Notes: generated by a model not told the origin, from the letters alone. A stretch of DNA of 64,000 nucleotides from Gemmatimonadota bacterium (GCA_036679605.1 JAZDCZ010000347.1:32001-96000), one strand, 5' to 3'; counted from the stretch's first letter, positions 40,384 to 50,051 are shown. A program made the numbers and translations.

Positions 40384-40812
40384 TCACTCCACATCCGTCA
40401 GCGCCGGCGCTCTCTTGCCGGCTGCATACTCGGCCAACGTGATTGCATCCAAGCAGGCAATCAGAGTTGGCAGAACCGTCTTCAAGTGCTCGTGCAACGG
40501 GCATGGGTTATTCTCATTGTGCCCCGACCAGAGCATGCAGTGTTCGAACAGCTCGGGTCCTTCTACGCTCTCGAGGATCTCCTTCAGCGTGATCGATTCA
40601 GCCGGGCGGGAGAGAGCGTATCCACTCCCGGGCCCCCGAGCTGCCGAGAGAATTCCATGACGGGCGAGTTTTTGGAAAATCTTGGCGAGAAATGAAGGCG
40701 GCAGGCCCTGCTCCTCCGCAATGCGTGCAAGCGGCGTGACTTCCCCTACGGGGTTGTTAGCCAGCACCGTGAGCCCTCGAAGGGCATACTCGCTTTCTTT
40801 CGTCACTCTCAT
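40384..40812 (-). CDS. Rrf2 family transcriptional regulator
   Basis: EYALRGL, FLAKIFQKL, RGPGSGYAL.RP, ITLKEILESVEG and C..W..H....CPLH (possible Fe-S ligands). Confidence 0.93.
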   Translation of the reverse strand: MRVTKESEYALRGLTVLANNPVGEVTPLARIAEEQGLPPSFLAKIFQKLARHGILSAARGPGSGYALSRPAESITLKEILESVEGPELFEHCMLWSGHNENNPCPLHEHLKTVLPTLIACLDAITLAEYAAGKRAPALTDVE

Positions 40813-40823
40813 ATTCCGGACAA

Positions 40824-40844
40824 TCCCGAGAAGAATTATCGGGA
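40824..40844. promoter_or_regulatory. Inverted repeat just upstream of rrf2; candidate autoregulatory operator
   Basis: TCCCGAGAA-GAA-TTATCGGGA (8/9 symmetric), 11 bp upstream of the ATG. A related half-site TCCGGACAA is at 40815. Confidence 0.5.
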
Positions 40845-40880
40845 AATATGAAGTGGCTGCATGAGCTTGGTTTGAAGCGA

Positions 40881-40900
40881 ATGTGAAGTTTTCTTCACAT
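40881..40900. promoter_or_regulatory. Palindrome with CRP/Rex-like half-sites upstream of the nar operon
   Basis: ATGTGAAG-TTTT-CTTCACAT, perfect 8-bp arms (TGTGA-N8-TCACA). Confidence 0.55.
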
Positions 40901-40983
40901 AGATAGGAGGCCTCTGCCCTGACCTACAGAGCTACGACCTTGGGAACCTTGGTGACACCGAGCGAGGCGTCTTGCATCGCCTG

Positions 40984-42306
40984 TTAAGGGCTACGACTCG
41001 CACCACCAAACATTGGGATCGCGCCCGCTAACGCGGCTCCAAGAAACGGCAAACCCAGCACCCAAATCCGGACGCCCAGCCAGCCCTCACCGCCAATCCC
41101 ATTCAGTGCCAACAGAGCCAGGCCACCGCACACCATTGTCGCACCTAAGACCAACCGCGACGGCGACCTGATGGCCTTGCCCGACCGTCCCCCCTCAAAC
41201 CATCCGAACAGCAACGCTAAGAGCGAGAGAACGACCAGTATCGAACCCATCCAAATCGGACGGGTCCCCCACCACATACCTGAACCCGGCTCCAGCCCAA
41301 GCCCTGTTCCACCCAGCAGTAAAGAAAGCCCGATCAGAACCGTCAGTGCTGTAACGTGCCATAGGTAAATGGTCATGATCATTCCGTTAACCAATACAGT
41401 GGCCGTCCACGGTACTGCGCGCGCGAGCCAGTGCCGCAACGGACGTTCGAGCGACAGCAACAATCCGGCTTGCGCCACACCCAAGGCGAGCATCGGAAGC
41501 TTGGGGGGCAGTGTGTTGCTCACCTCATCACCGGGGACGCTGACCATGCTGATTGGATAAGGTCCCAGGAATACAATACCAAGCAGCACAGCTAGCCCCG
41601 CTGCGCCCCATGCCAGCATCTTGCTCGGTCCACCGAGTCTTCCGTCTCTCCATGCGTATCCCAACTGATGCACTGCAAGCCAGATGAACGCGTAGTTAGC
41701 CCAGCCTGCGCCCTTGAGATCGGTTGTGAAGAAAACGGCGTCGTCCACTACTGTGAGGACGACCAACAACAACAGTGACCCGAGCCCGAACCGCTCCCAT
41801 GCGCTAAACGTCATCGGCACCATGACCACCACCATCACATACACCGCCAAGAACCAGATCGGTACGAGTGCCAGCTGCGAAGCCACTTCGATCATTGCGG
41901 GATCCATGCCGAACTTACCGGCCAACAGACCGAACACTATCCACACCGCAAGGAGCGGTAGCACCGGCCCGATCAGTCGTTGCAACCGACCGTGCAGCCA
42001 CTCGGCGTACCCGCGTCCAGCTCGCTTGGCAGACCTCCATGAAACACCATTTGAGTAACCGCCCACCAGAAAGAACACCGGCATCACTTGGAACACCCAG
42101 GTCAGCCAGCGCACCCACGGCTGATGCTCCAACATGTTGGTTATCGTGAGATCACCATTGATAAAGACAGGCGCCGCCACCAACCAGTGTCCGGTGATGA
42201 CGGCGCCTATTGAGACCGCTCGCAGAAAGTCGACGTAGCGATTACGCGAGTCGGGCGTCCTGGTTGCTACCTCGGCAGCACGCGACCAAATATTGCGGGA
42301 GGTCGT
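40984..42306 (-). CDS. Acyltransferase family 3 membrane protein (start codon uncertain)
   Basis: RNRYVDFLRA..GHWL, TWVFQVMPVFFLVGGY.N, WFLAVY, HQLGYAW and MTIYLWH. The track's 5' extension overlaps the upstream gene. Confidence 0.85.
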   Translation of the reverse strand, partial: TTSRNIWSRAAEVATRTPDSRNRYVDFLRAVSIGAVITGHWLVAAPVFINGDLTITNMLEHQPWVRWLTWVFQVMPVFFLVGGYSNGVSWRSAKRAGRGYAEWLHGRLQRLIGPVLPLLAVWIVFGLLAGKFGMDPAMIEVASQLALVPIWFLAVYVMVVVMVPMTFSAWERFGLGSLLLLVVLTVVDDAVFFTTDLKGAGWANYAFIWLAVHQLGYAWRDGRLGGPSKMLAWGAAGLAVLLGIVFLGPYPISMVSVPGDEVSNTLPPKLPMLALGVAQAGLLLSLERPLRHWLARAVPWTATVLVNGMIMTIYLWHVTALTVLIGLSLLLGGTGLGLEPGSGMWWGTRPIWMGSILVVLSLLALLFGWFEGGRSGKAIRSPSRLVLGATMVCGGLALLALNGIGGEGWLGVRIWVLGLPFLGAALAGAIPMFGGASRSP

Positions 42307-42308
42307 GC

Positions 42309-44054
42309 CTAGTTTCCTTCCCGCTCGTACATCACCTTTCCTCCTACGATGGTATAGACCACTTCGGCGGAGGGAATTTCCTCTTCGGGAACGGTCATGA
42401 TGTCTTTTGAGAGCACCGTGATGTCGGCCAGCTTGCCCGGAGTGAGCGAACCCTTGATGGTTTCTTCGAACGCGGCGTACGCGCCGTTGATTGTATATGA
42501 CTTCAAGGCTTCCATCCGGCTCATGCGCTGATCCGGAAAGAATATCGTTCCGTCCTTGGTACGCCGCGAGACACTTGCGTAGTAGCTCCCGATGGGATTC
42601 ACGTCTTCCACCGGCGCATCGGTACCATTCGTCACCACCGCACCCGATTTCATCAGCTTCTGCCAAACGTAGGCGCCTTCCTCTGCTCGCTTTTCGCCGA
42701 GGCGCTGAAGTACGTAAGGCGCATCTGAAGTGGCATGGATACCCTGCATGGCCGCAATGACTCCTAGCTGTGCAAACCTCGGAATGTCGGCAGCATTGAT
42801 GTGCTGCGCGTGTTCTATGCGCCAGCGTAGGCCGGTCTTATCGGGGTTGGTCCTAAACGTACGTTCGAAGATGTCGAGGACCTCACGATTAGCCCTGTCA
42901 CCGATTGCGTGCACATTTAGCTGGAAGTCATTCAACATCGCCAGCCGCGCCGTCTCCGTCACGCTGGGAACCGTACTCGTGTTGAGTCCCGAGCTGCTGG
43001 CCATATCTTCGTACGGCGCCAGCAACCAGGCGCCATGCGAGCCAAGTGCACCATCGATCGTGCGCTTGATCGCGCGTACTGTAAGGCGGTGATCGCCCAT
43101 TTCGTCGATACGATAATCAGGTAGTTTCTCGGCGAGCTGTTCGTTCGGCGCACGAATCATTACATAGAGCCGAACATCCAGACTGCCGTCTTCGGCCATC
43201 TCTTTGAATAGGTCTATAGTGCGGAACGAGGATCCCGCGTCGTGGAAACTGGTGACACCCTTGGACAACAACTCCTGGAATGCCAGCAGAGCCTGACGCC
43301 GCGGATCTGGTGGAGTCGCATCGCGCGTCGCCCTGCCGAGCAGTCGCTGCGCGGTCTCACGAAAAGCTCCGATCGGTTCGCCGCTGGCGTCACGCACGAT
43401 CTGACCGCCTGGAGGATCGGGCGTCGTGCGATCGATTCCCGCCATCTCCATAGCCCTCGCGTTTGCAAAGGCAGCGTGACCTGACGCGTGACGCAGCACT
43501 ACCGGATTGTTAGGTGACACGGCGCTCAGAGCATCGTGCGTCGGCAGTCCGTCCACAGCGTTGTCCGGCGTCTTGTCCCACTTCTCCTGGTGCCAACCCC
43601 TGCCTCTGATTAGCTCACCGCCCTGGGCATCACCCACCACCGCAGCCACCATGCTCACTATCTCGTCCCAGTTCGCGACATCCATTAATGCGAGCTGCAT
43701 GTTGGCATCGCCCACGCCGAGGAAGTGACCGTGGCTCTCGATGAAACCTGGAATGACGAGTTTCCCATCCAGATCGATGACCTCGGTCTCACGACCGACG
43801 AACGCCTTGATATCCCTGTCACTTCCGACGGCCAAGATCGTATCCCCCTTCACCGCGATCGCTTGACCGTCCGGCACCGCGTCATCAACCGTTACAACCT
43901 TACCGCCCCGTAAGACGAGGTCAGCCGCAATCTCCGGCTCGGAGGCACAGCCCATGGCTAGCCCGGCCAATGCACAGGTAACCAGGCCCGTCCGAATTCG
44001 AGCACTCACAACAGATGATTTCATATGGGTCTCCACTTTGGCACCATGGTTCAT
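42309..44054 (-). CDS. Amidohydrolase (YtcJ-like, Amidohydro_3) lipoprotein
   Basis: Lipobox LAMGC, PGFIESHGH, DGALGS.GA, HAIGDRAN, RIEHAQ, GTDAPVE and GKLADITVLS. An alternative start is at 44024. Confidence 0.93.
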   Translation of the reverse strand: MNHGAKVETHMKSSVVSARIRTGLVTCALAGLAMGCASEPEIAADLVLRGGKVVTVDDAVPDGQAIAVKGDTILAVGSDRDIKAFVGRETEVIDLDGKLVIPGFIESHGHFLGVGDANMQLALMDVANWDEIVSMVAAVVGDAQGGELIRGRGWHQEKWDKTPDNAVDGLPTHDALSAVSPNNPVVLRHASGHAAFANARAMEMAGIDRTTPDPPGGQIVRDASGEPIGAFRETAQRLLGRATRDATPPDPRRQALLAFQELLSKGVTSFHDAGSSFRTIDLFKEMAEDGSLDVRLYVMIRAPNEQLAEKLPDYRIDEMGDHRLTVRAIKRTIDGALGSHGAWLLAPYEDMASSSGLNTSTVPSVTETARLAMLNDFQLNVHAIGDRANREVLDIFERTFRTNPDKTGLRWRIEHAQHINAADIPRFAQLGVIAAMQGIHATSDAPYVLQRLGEKRAEEGAYVWQKLMKSGAVVTNGTDAPVEDVNPIGSYYASVSRRTKDGTIFFPDQRMSRMEALKSYTINGAYAAFEETIKGSLTPGKLADITVLSKDIMTVPEEEIPSAEVVYTIVGGKVMYEREGN

Positions 44055-44175
44055 CGCTCAATCGCCTCGAGAATATTACCAACTAAATCATTGAAGTAAC
44101 TGCGTCTCAGCACGCGTACGTCAGTAGCGAATAGGCATTCTCATACTACCTCAGCGACGCCCTAATCGCGAGCGT

Positions 44176-45099
44176 CTATGGCTCCCGGCGTGAGTCACGC
44201 CCTGGATCCTCCTGCTCCCTTCCCTCGACGTAGGCAGACCTCAACATCGCCATCGCCGAGTAGAGTACGACGATAACCACGAGCCACCGGACAGCAACGA
44301 GGGGAAGCGCCTTCACGATGAACGCCGCGATCAATACGGCCGGCAGCCCGCCAAGCGCCAGTCCCAGCGCAGCCTTGAGACTGTATGCGTTTGCGCGAAG
44401 AAACCGTATGCTCGCTACCGGCATCAGAAAGGCAGACGAACCCATCATGATCGGGAAGGCCGTCGTGGGATTCATGCCGAGTGTACTGATCAAAATCATG
44501 GATGGTGCGTACATGCCGATGCCGATGGTCATGAGCGCACCCAGCACAAAGTTGGTGACCAGTGCTATACCGAGACTCACTCCTCTCAATCCCAGCGCGG
44601 CGCCACCTACTGGGACGATGCCAAAGTTAGCCATGACAAACGTTACTGCGGCGATGATTAAAGCGACGCCCATCCCGATTTGGATGCTGCGGCGCGGTAG
44701 GCGTGCAACCACGCCTGCCCCCAACCACGCTCCGACGACAGATGCGGCAATCAAAGTGACGAGCGTAACTATGTCCACCTGCACCATGGCTATGAAGATG
44801 AACGCTTGCACGATCACCGGCGGAGTGTCACCCACATGCAGTGTACCTGGTATGCGTTCGTCCGGGACGACCTTGAAGAACTTGAACAGTGCTGTGGTTG
44901 GTGCGAACGAGCCGATGCCCAGGGTATCAAAGAAATTGGTGACGAACCCTATTGCGGCCTTGAGCGGGGACGTTCTGAGCAAGGTGTCGGTACCGCCGGA
45001 TTGTCGTACAGCACTGCGGACGCTCGCCATCCAGCGCACGGCATATACGATCGATATGGCACCGAGTGCCATGAAAAGCAGCGTGCGAACATCCGGCAT
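44176..45099 (-). CDS. TauE/SafE (sulfite exporter) family membrane protein
   Basis: GFVTNFFDTLGIGSFAPTT, IPGTL, LGALMTIGIGMYAP and AFPIMMGS.AFLMP; multiple TM helices. Confidence 0.8.
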   Translation of the reverse strand: MPDVRTLLFMALGAISIVYAVRWMASVRSAVRQSGGTDTLLRTSPLKAAIGFVTNFFDTLGIGSFAPTTALFKFFKVVPDERIPGTLHVGDTPPVIVQAFIFIAMVQVDIVTLVTLIAASVVGAWLGAGVVARLPRRSIQIGMGVALIIAAVTFVMANFGIVPVGGAALGLRGVSLGIALVTNFVLGALMTIGIGMYAPSMILISTLGMNPTTAFPIMMGSSAFLMPVASIRFLRANAYSLKAALGLALGGLPAVLIAAFIVKALPLVAVRWLVVIVVLYSAMAMLRSAYVEGREQEDPGRDSRREP

Positions 45100-45345
45100 G
45101 AAGGCTTACCCCACTATACTCGAGAAATTCTCGCCGGAACATGGGGCCAAGACGCGGCGTTCGCAATTCCCTAGGGCAACCCGTATGTTCGTCGTCGCCC
45201 GGGAACCTCTGAGTCCATCGGGAAGGTCTCGGGTTCGAGCCTTCAAGGCTGGTTCTGAGGTCTTTGGTTCCGGCCTTGAAAGGCCGGCTCGGCAGCGCTT
45301 CGCGCTGACATGCCCTGAAGGGCAACCACTAATTGGAGTGAGTCA

Positions 45346-46923
45346 ATGGAAGTACCGCTTAGCGTCAACGATTTCCTGCGAAGAGCGGCCCAGCTCTATC
45401 CCGACAAGGTCGCAGTGATTGACGGCGACGATCGGTACACCTACCGAGAATTCCAGTCCCGCGCCAACCAGCTATCGCATGCGCTGCTCGGACTCGGCAT
45501 CGACAAAGGCGATCGGGTTTGCATCCTGAGCCCCAACTCACACTTCTTTCTAGAGAGTTTCTATGGGACGAGTCAGATCGGCGCCATCCTGGTACCGCTC
45601 AACTACCGTCTCACTCCAGCCGACCACGAGTACATCATCAACCACGCCGAGGTGAAGGTACTGCTCGTAGATCACGAGTACACCCCGGTCGTAGACGAAA
45701 TCCGGCCTCGGCTCGATACGGTGGAACACTCGGTGAGAGCCGGCGGTAGTGGCAAGCCGCCGGAGGGATGGGTGGATTGGGAAGCACAAATCGCATCTCA
45801 ACCCGACACACCACCGCCGACACCGGATATCGACGAGAACGACTTGGTTTCGATCAACTATACCTCCGGCACCACAGCTCGGCCCAAGGGCGTGATGCTG
45901 ACGCACCGCAACTGTTACTTGAACGCGTACAACTTCATCGCCCACCTGCGCATCGTGCACGAGGATGTCGAACTGTGGACGCTACCGATGTTTCACTGCA
46001 ACGGCTGGGGTGGAGTGTACGCGATTACCGGAATGGGTGCGACGCACGTTGTACTGCGCACGATCAACGGGAAGACAATCTTCGACTTGATAGAGCAGCA
46101 TGGAGTGACGTTCGCATGCATGGCTCCCATCGTACTGCAAACAATTCTCGACTATCCGGACAAAGACAAGCACACCATCACAACAAGGCCGCGGTTCACG
46201 CTTGCCGGCGCTCCGCCTCCGGCGTCATTCATCGAACAACTCGAACAGGAGTTGGGCTGGGAGTTTATCCAGATCTATGGCCTCACAGAGACAGCCCCCA
46301 TTCTCACAGTCTGCACACCCGATCATTACACAGCCAAGGACAACTACGCCAGACGGAGTCACGCAGGCGTTGCGGCAGTTGGAGTGGATCTCGTGCTGCG
46401 GGACGACGACGGCAACACCGTTCCTCATGATGGAGAAACGGTCGGCGAAATCTGTGCGCGCACCAACGTCGTGTTCAAAGGATATTGGCGACAGGACGAG
46501 GAAACCAGCCGAGCCGTTCATGACGGTTACTTCCACACTGGAGATCTCGGTGTGTGGGACGAGGTGGGAAACATCAATATTGTGGATCGCAAGAAAGATG
46601 TGATCATTTCCGGCGGTGAGAACATCAGCTCACCCGAGATCGAGGACGTGCTGTACAAGCATGACGCCGTCCAAGAGTGTGCCGTGATCGGTGTGCCGCA
46701 CGACGAGTGGGGTGAGACTCCCAAAGCACTCGTGGTGCTACGACAGGACGCCACAGCGACCGAACAGGCATTGATAGAGTTCTGCCGCAACAACTTGGCT
46801 CACTTCAAGTGTCCGACGTCGGTGGATTTCGTGGACGTGCTGCCGCGGACCGCAACCGGAAAACTGCAGAAGTTCAGGTTGAGAGAGAAATATTGGGGTG
46901 GTGTGGGGCGGCGGGTTAATTGA
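45346..46923 (+). CDS. Long-chain acyl-CoA synthetase (AMP-binding enzyme)
   Basis: INYTSGTTARPKGV, LPMFHCNGWG, YGLTET, FHTGDL, DRKKDVIISGGENI and LPRTATGKLQK. Confidence 0.95.
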   Translation: MEVPLSVNDFLRRAAQLYPDKVAVIDGDDRYTYREFQSRANQLSHALLGLGIDKGDRVCILSPNSHFFLESFYGTSQIGAILVPLNYRLTPADHEYIINHAEVKVLLVDHEYTPVVDEIRPRLDTVEHSVRAGGSGKPPEGWVDWEAQIASQPDTPPPTPDIDENDLVSINYTSGTTARPKGVMLTHRNCYLNAYNFIAHLRIVHEDVELWTLPMFHCNGWGGVYAITGMGATHVVLRTINGKTIFDLIEQHGVTFACMAPIVLQTILDYPDKDKHTITTRPRFTLAGAPPPASFIEQLEQELGWEFIQIYGLTETAPILTVCTPDHYTAKDNYARRSHAGVAAVGVDLVLRDDDGNTVPHDGETVGEICARTNVVFKGYWRQDEETSRAVHDGYFHTGDLGVWDEVGNINIVDRKKDVIISGGENISSPEIEDVLYKHDAVQECAVIGVPHDEWGETPKALVVLRQDATATEQALIEFCRNNLAHFKCPTSVDFVDVLPRTATGKLQKFRLREKYWGGVGRRVN

Positions 46924-46932
46924 TGGCCGATC

Positions 46933-46950
46933 TAACGCCCGTTTGACGCC
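46933..46950 (+). promoter_or_regulatory. Direct-repeat box 1 (upstream of the BTAD regulator)
   Basis: TAACGCC-CGTT-TGACGCC with an 11-bp period; related boxes at 50052, 55729 and 60272. Confidence 0.6.
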
Positions 46951-46968
46951 CTGGCCTGAGATTAGACC

Positions 46969-49900
46969 ATGATGACCGATCCGCCTGCTGTGAGCAAAGC
47001 TTTATATAGACTCATCACGCTGGGTCCACCAATGCTGCTGAAGACGGACGCTGAGGGCGAGCGTGTCATCTACACCATGGGGAAGCCGCTGGCGCTGGTA
47101 ATCTACCTGTCGATGCTGCCTGGCAGAAGTGCCAGACGCGAGCACCTCTCCGCGGTTCTCTGGGGGAACTCTACCACAGCGAAAGGCCTGGCCGCATTGC
47201 GCCAGGTTTTGTGGCAACTCCGGGATCGATTGGGTGACGCCGCCGTAGTCAGCTCGGATCGCAACGTCTCCCTCAACATCGATTTGACTGTAGATGAGCA
47301 AGAGTGCTTGGCAGCCTTCAACGAGGGCGATTTTGCTCGCGTCGTGGAGCTATACACCAACGAATTCCTGCCGGATTTTGCGATCCCCGGAGCGGCAGAG
47401 TTGGAGATCTGGGCCGACGGAGAGCGGCAGCGGCTGAGATCGGCCTATCTCATGGCAGGAGAGTCGACGGTCCGTTGCATGCTGGACGAATCGCATTTCT
47501 CGGCGGCGTCTCACCTGGCCCATCGGCTCAGAGACTCCGATCCACTGTCCGAGAGGCTGTGGCGATTGCTGCTGGAGACCCTCGCCGCGGTCGGCGACAC
47601 TGTCGAGATGAGATTGGAGATAGAGCGGCTGGAGTCGATGTTGGGCATGGAAGAGCGCGAGCCCGAGCCGGCAACGAGGGATCTCATACAACATCTCCGC
47701 GCACGACCTGACGCACGTCTCACTGAGGACGACACGTCTCATAGCCTCGTAGCCGAGCTGATCGGCCGAGAAAAGGAGTTCTCTGCTGTGATAGAAGGAT
47801 GGCGCAAGGCAAAGGCGGGACAGCCTACACATTTTCACATAACGGGCCGTCCCGGCGTCGGAAAGACACGACTGCTCGACGACGTTCATGCCCGGTTGGA
47901 CGCAGAGGGCGCGCGCACTGTCTATGTTCGGGCCCACCATGGCGAGCGTGCCATGACATTTGCTCTGGCGGGGGACCTTGCGGACGCACTGGCTCAGCTC
48001 CCCGGGGCAGCGGGCATATCTTCCGGATCCGTATCTCAGTTGCTCCATCTGGCACCTACCCTCTCGAACATCTACTCAGCGCGCCAGCCGGCGACAAACC
48101 CAACGGAGCAGGGCGCAATGAAGGCGTTGAGTGAGCTGTTGCTGGCCGTAGCCGACGAAGGCCCGTTCGCGATTCTAGTAGATGACCTGCACTGGGCAGA
48201 TCGCTCTTCAATCGTCATCGTGCAAAGCTTGATTGCCCGGCTCGAGGGTGTGGGCACGCTCATCGTGACAACACAACGACCTCCCACCGAACCGCTCCCA
48301 GCTCCCTTCTCGGTGGCGCTCGAGCTAAACCCCTTGAGTTCTAAACAACTGCAACAGATGCTCGAGAGCCTGGGGTTGAGACGCAACTCGTGGTCGCGCG
48401 CGATGACGGACATCCTACACTCGGTCACTGAAGGCATACCGTTTCTCGTGTTGGAAATACTCAGACTGGCCCTCGACCGTGGTCTATTGCTGCTCGACAG
48501 ATCGACGGACGCTTGGATTTGTCCGGACGAAGATGCGCTACGGCGAGAGCTACTCGGTGGGACGGCGGAAGAGCAGCGCATTGCCCGCCTTACGGAGCGT
48601 GAGCAAGGTGTCCTCTTGAGCCTCACCGTCGCCGGTATCCCACTGCACTGCCGGCTTATTGAGTCAATGCTGCAGATCGAATCTGCCGAATGCCTTGCAC
48701 AACTCAGGAAGCTGGAGCGTGACGGATTCGTTGTTCAGAGCAACTCGCGGTGGGCGATCGCCCACGACAAACTTGCCGAGTCTATTCTCACTGGGACAGA
48801 CTCTGCACGAGTTGCGGAAATCCGGGGCGCGTTAGCGAATGCTGCGGTAGCTATCATCCCGGACCCAGAAACGTTACGGCTCGCAACCCTACAGCTCGAG
48901 GCGTCCGGCGACAACGCATTGTTGCAGGTTGCATTCGGACACTGGTTGTCGTATTGGCGTGGCAGAGGAGATCGCCGCAGCGTACGGCAACTGGCGGCCG
49001 CATTGATTGGGGTCGACGTGCGCAGTTCCAGGGTGAGAGCACTTGTCAGTTCGTTGCCGTTGCGCAGGAGATTCCGCTATTGGTCCGTCACGACAGTGGG
49101 AACCGTGGCGGTGGTCGCGCTGGTAGTGGTCACGGGTGTAGCGGTCACTCTGGGATTGCGATCGAATCCTCCGTACCGCTTGATGGTCACGTCGACGCCC
49201 AGCGGACTTGCGTCGGATGTACTAACGATGATGCCGGCTCCAGCGATCGAGATCCGACACAGGGACGGAACGCTGGCGTCCGAGCTGGAAGATACTATCA
49301 GAGTGTCCCGAGTCCTGGGACCAAATCAGCTGACTGGTACTCTGGCGGTAGTAGCCGTTGGAGGTCGGGCCGTCTTCGATAGAATTCGGCCTGCTTACCC
49401 CGGTTCATCACAAGGAATCTGGGTGCTTCGCTTCGAGTCGTCTTGGGGCACGGTGCAAACCGATTCATTCGAAGTCAACTATCCACCATCCCTGCATTTT
49501 GCAAGTGGCAGCATAAACGGTTACGTGGTGGATCGACGCGCGCTTACAATTAGTGTGGGTCCTGGAGATTCACTTGTGGGAACCGTCGATCTCAGATACT
49601 CGACAAACTGGGGAGCGGCATCGATAGTTCTGGGCATGAGCAGCACATGGGAATCCCGGGAGGAAGTTGCACCCGGCAGGGCCCTAGCTACTCCGGTGCG
49701 CAACGGGTTGACGCGTGACATGCCTATCAACCTCAGGGCGCCGTCCGAGCCTGGCACCTACCATGTCATCTTCGCCTTTGCCGCCGAGGAGAACACGAAG
49801 CATGTTTTTTCGGGCACCAACTGGACGTATGGTGAGCCCGTGTGGCACGACGGCAACGACATTGTTGACTGGCCCGACAGCATTTTGGGTATTGCGCGTA

Positions 49901-49998
49901 CGACGGGTACGGGGACCAATCTGGTGCTCTGGCCCGACTATCCGCGTCATCGCAATACCCAGGTCGCGGCGGCGGTGCTGGATGTGATAGTGCGGTAG
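46969..49998 (+). CDS. Membrane-anchored BTAD/SARP-family regulator: wHTH-BTAD, STAND-like ATPase, TM helix, extracytoplasmic beta-sandwich domains
   Basis: KPLALVIYL..RREHL..LWG..ALRQ.LW.LR (wHTH), DPLSERLWRLLLE (BTAD), LIGREKE, Walker A GRPGVGKT, Walker B ILVDDLHWAD and TM VGTVAVVALVVVTGVAVTLGL. Confidence 0.88.
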   Translation: MMTDPPAVSKALYRLITLGPPMLLKTDAEGERVIYTMGKPLALVIYLSMLPGRSARREHLSAVLWGNSTTAKGLAALRQVLWQLRDRLGDAAVVSSDRNVSLNIDLTVDEQECLAAFNEGDFARVVELYTNEFLPDFAIPGAAELEIWADGERQRLRSAYLMAGESTVRCMLDESHFSAASHLAHRLRDSDPLSERLWRLLLETLAAVGDTVEMRLEIERLESMLGMEEREPEPATRDLIQHLRARPDARLTEDDTSHSLVAELIGREKEFSAVIEGWRKAKAGQPTHFHITGRPGVGKTRLLDDVHARLDAEGARTVYVRAHHGERAMTFALAGDLADALAQLPGAAGISSGSVSQLLHLAPTLSNIYSARQPATNPTEQGAMKALSELLLAVADEGPFAILVDDLHWADRSSIVIVQSLIARLEGVGTLIVTTQRPPTEPLPAPFSVALELNPLSSKQLQQMLESLGLRRNSWSRAMTDILHSVTEGIPFLVLEILRLALDRGLLLLDRSTDAWICPDEDALRRELLGGTAEEQRIARLTEREQGVLLSLTVAGIPLHCRLIESMLQIESAECLAQLRKLERDGFVVQSNSRWAIAHDKLAESILTGTDSARVAEIRGALANAAVAIIPDPETLRLATLQLEASGDNALLQVAFGHWLSYWRGRGDRRSVRQLAAALIGVDVRSSRVRALVSSLPLRRRFRYWSVTTVGTVAVVALVVVTGVAVTLGLRSNPPYRLMVTSTPSGLASDVLTMMPAPAIEIRHRDGTLASELEDTIRVSRVLGPNQLTGTLAVVAVGGRAVFDRIRPAYPGSSQGIWVLRFESSWGTVQTDSFEVNYPPSLHFASGSINGYVVDRRALTISVGPGDSLVGTVDLRYSTNWGAASIVLGMSSTWESREEVAPGRALATPVRNGLTRDMPINLRAPSEPGTYHVIFAFAAEENTKHVFSGTNWTYGEPVWHDGNDIVDWPDSILGIARTTGTGTNLVLWPDYPRHRNTQVAAAVLDVIVR

Positions 49999-50051
49999 AA
50001 GGCTTCTGCAGCTGCAAAAGATCCGACCAACCCGTGCATACTCAGCTCATA

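Noticed and set aside
45222..45245. tRNA-like AGGTCTCGGGTTCGAGCC
   Set aside because: It resembles a T-loop, but the T-stem does not close and no cloverleaf or acceptor stem can be built.
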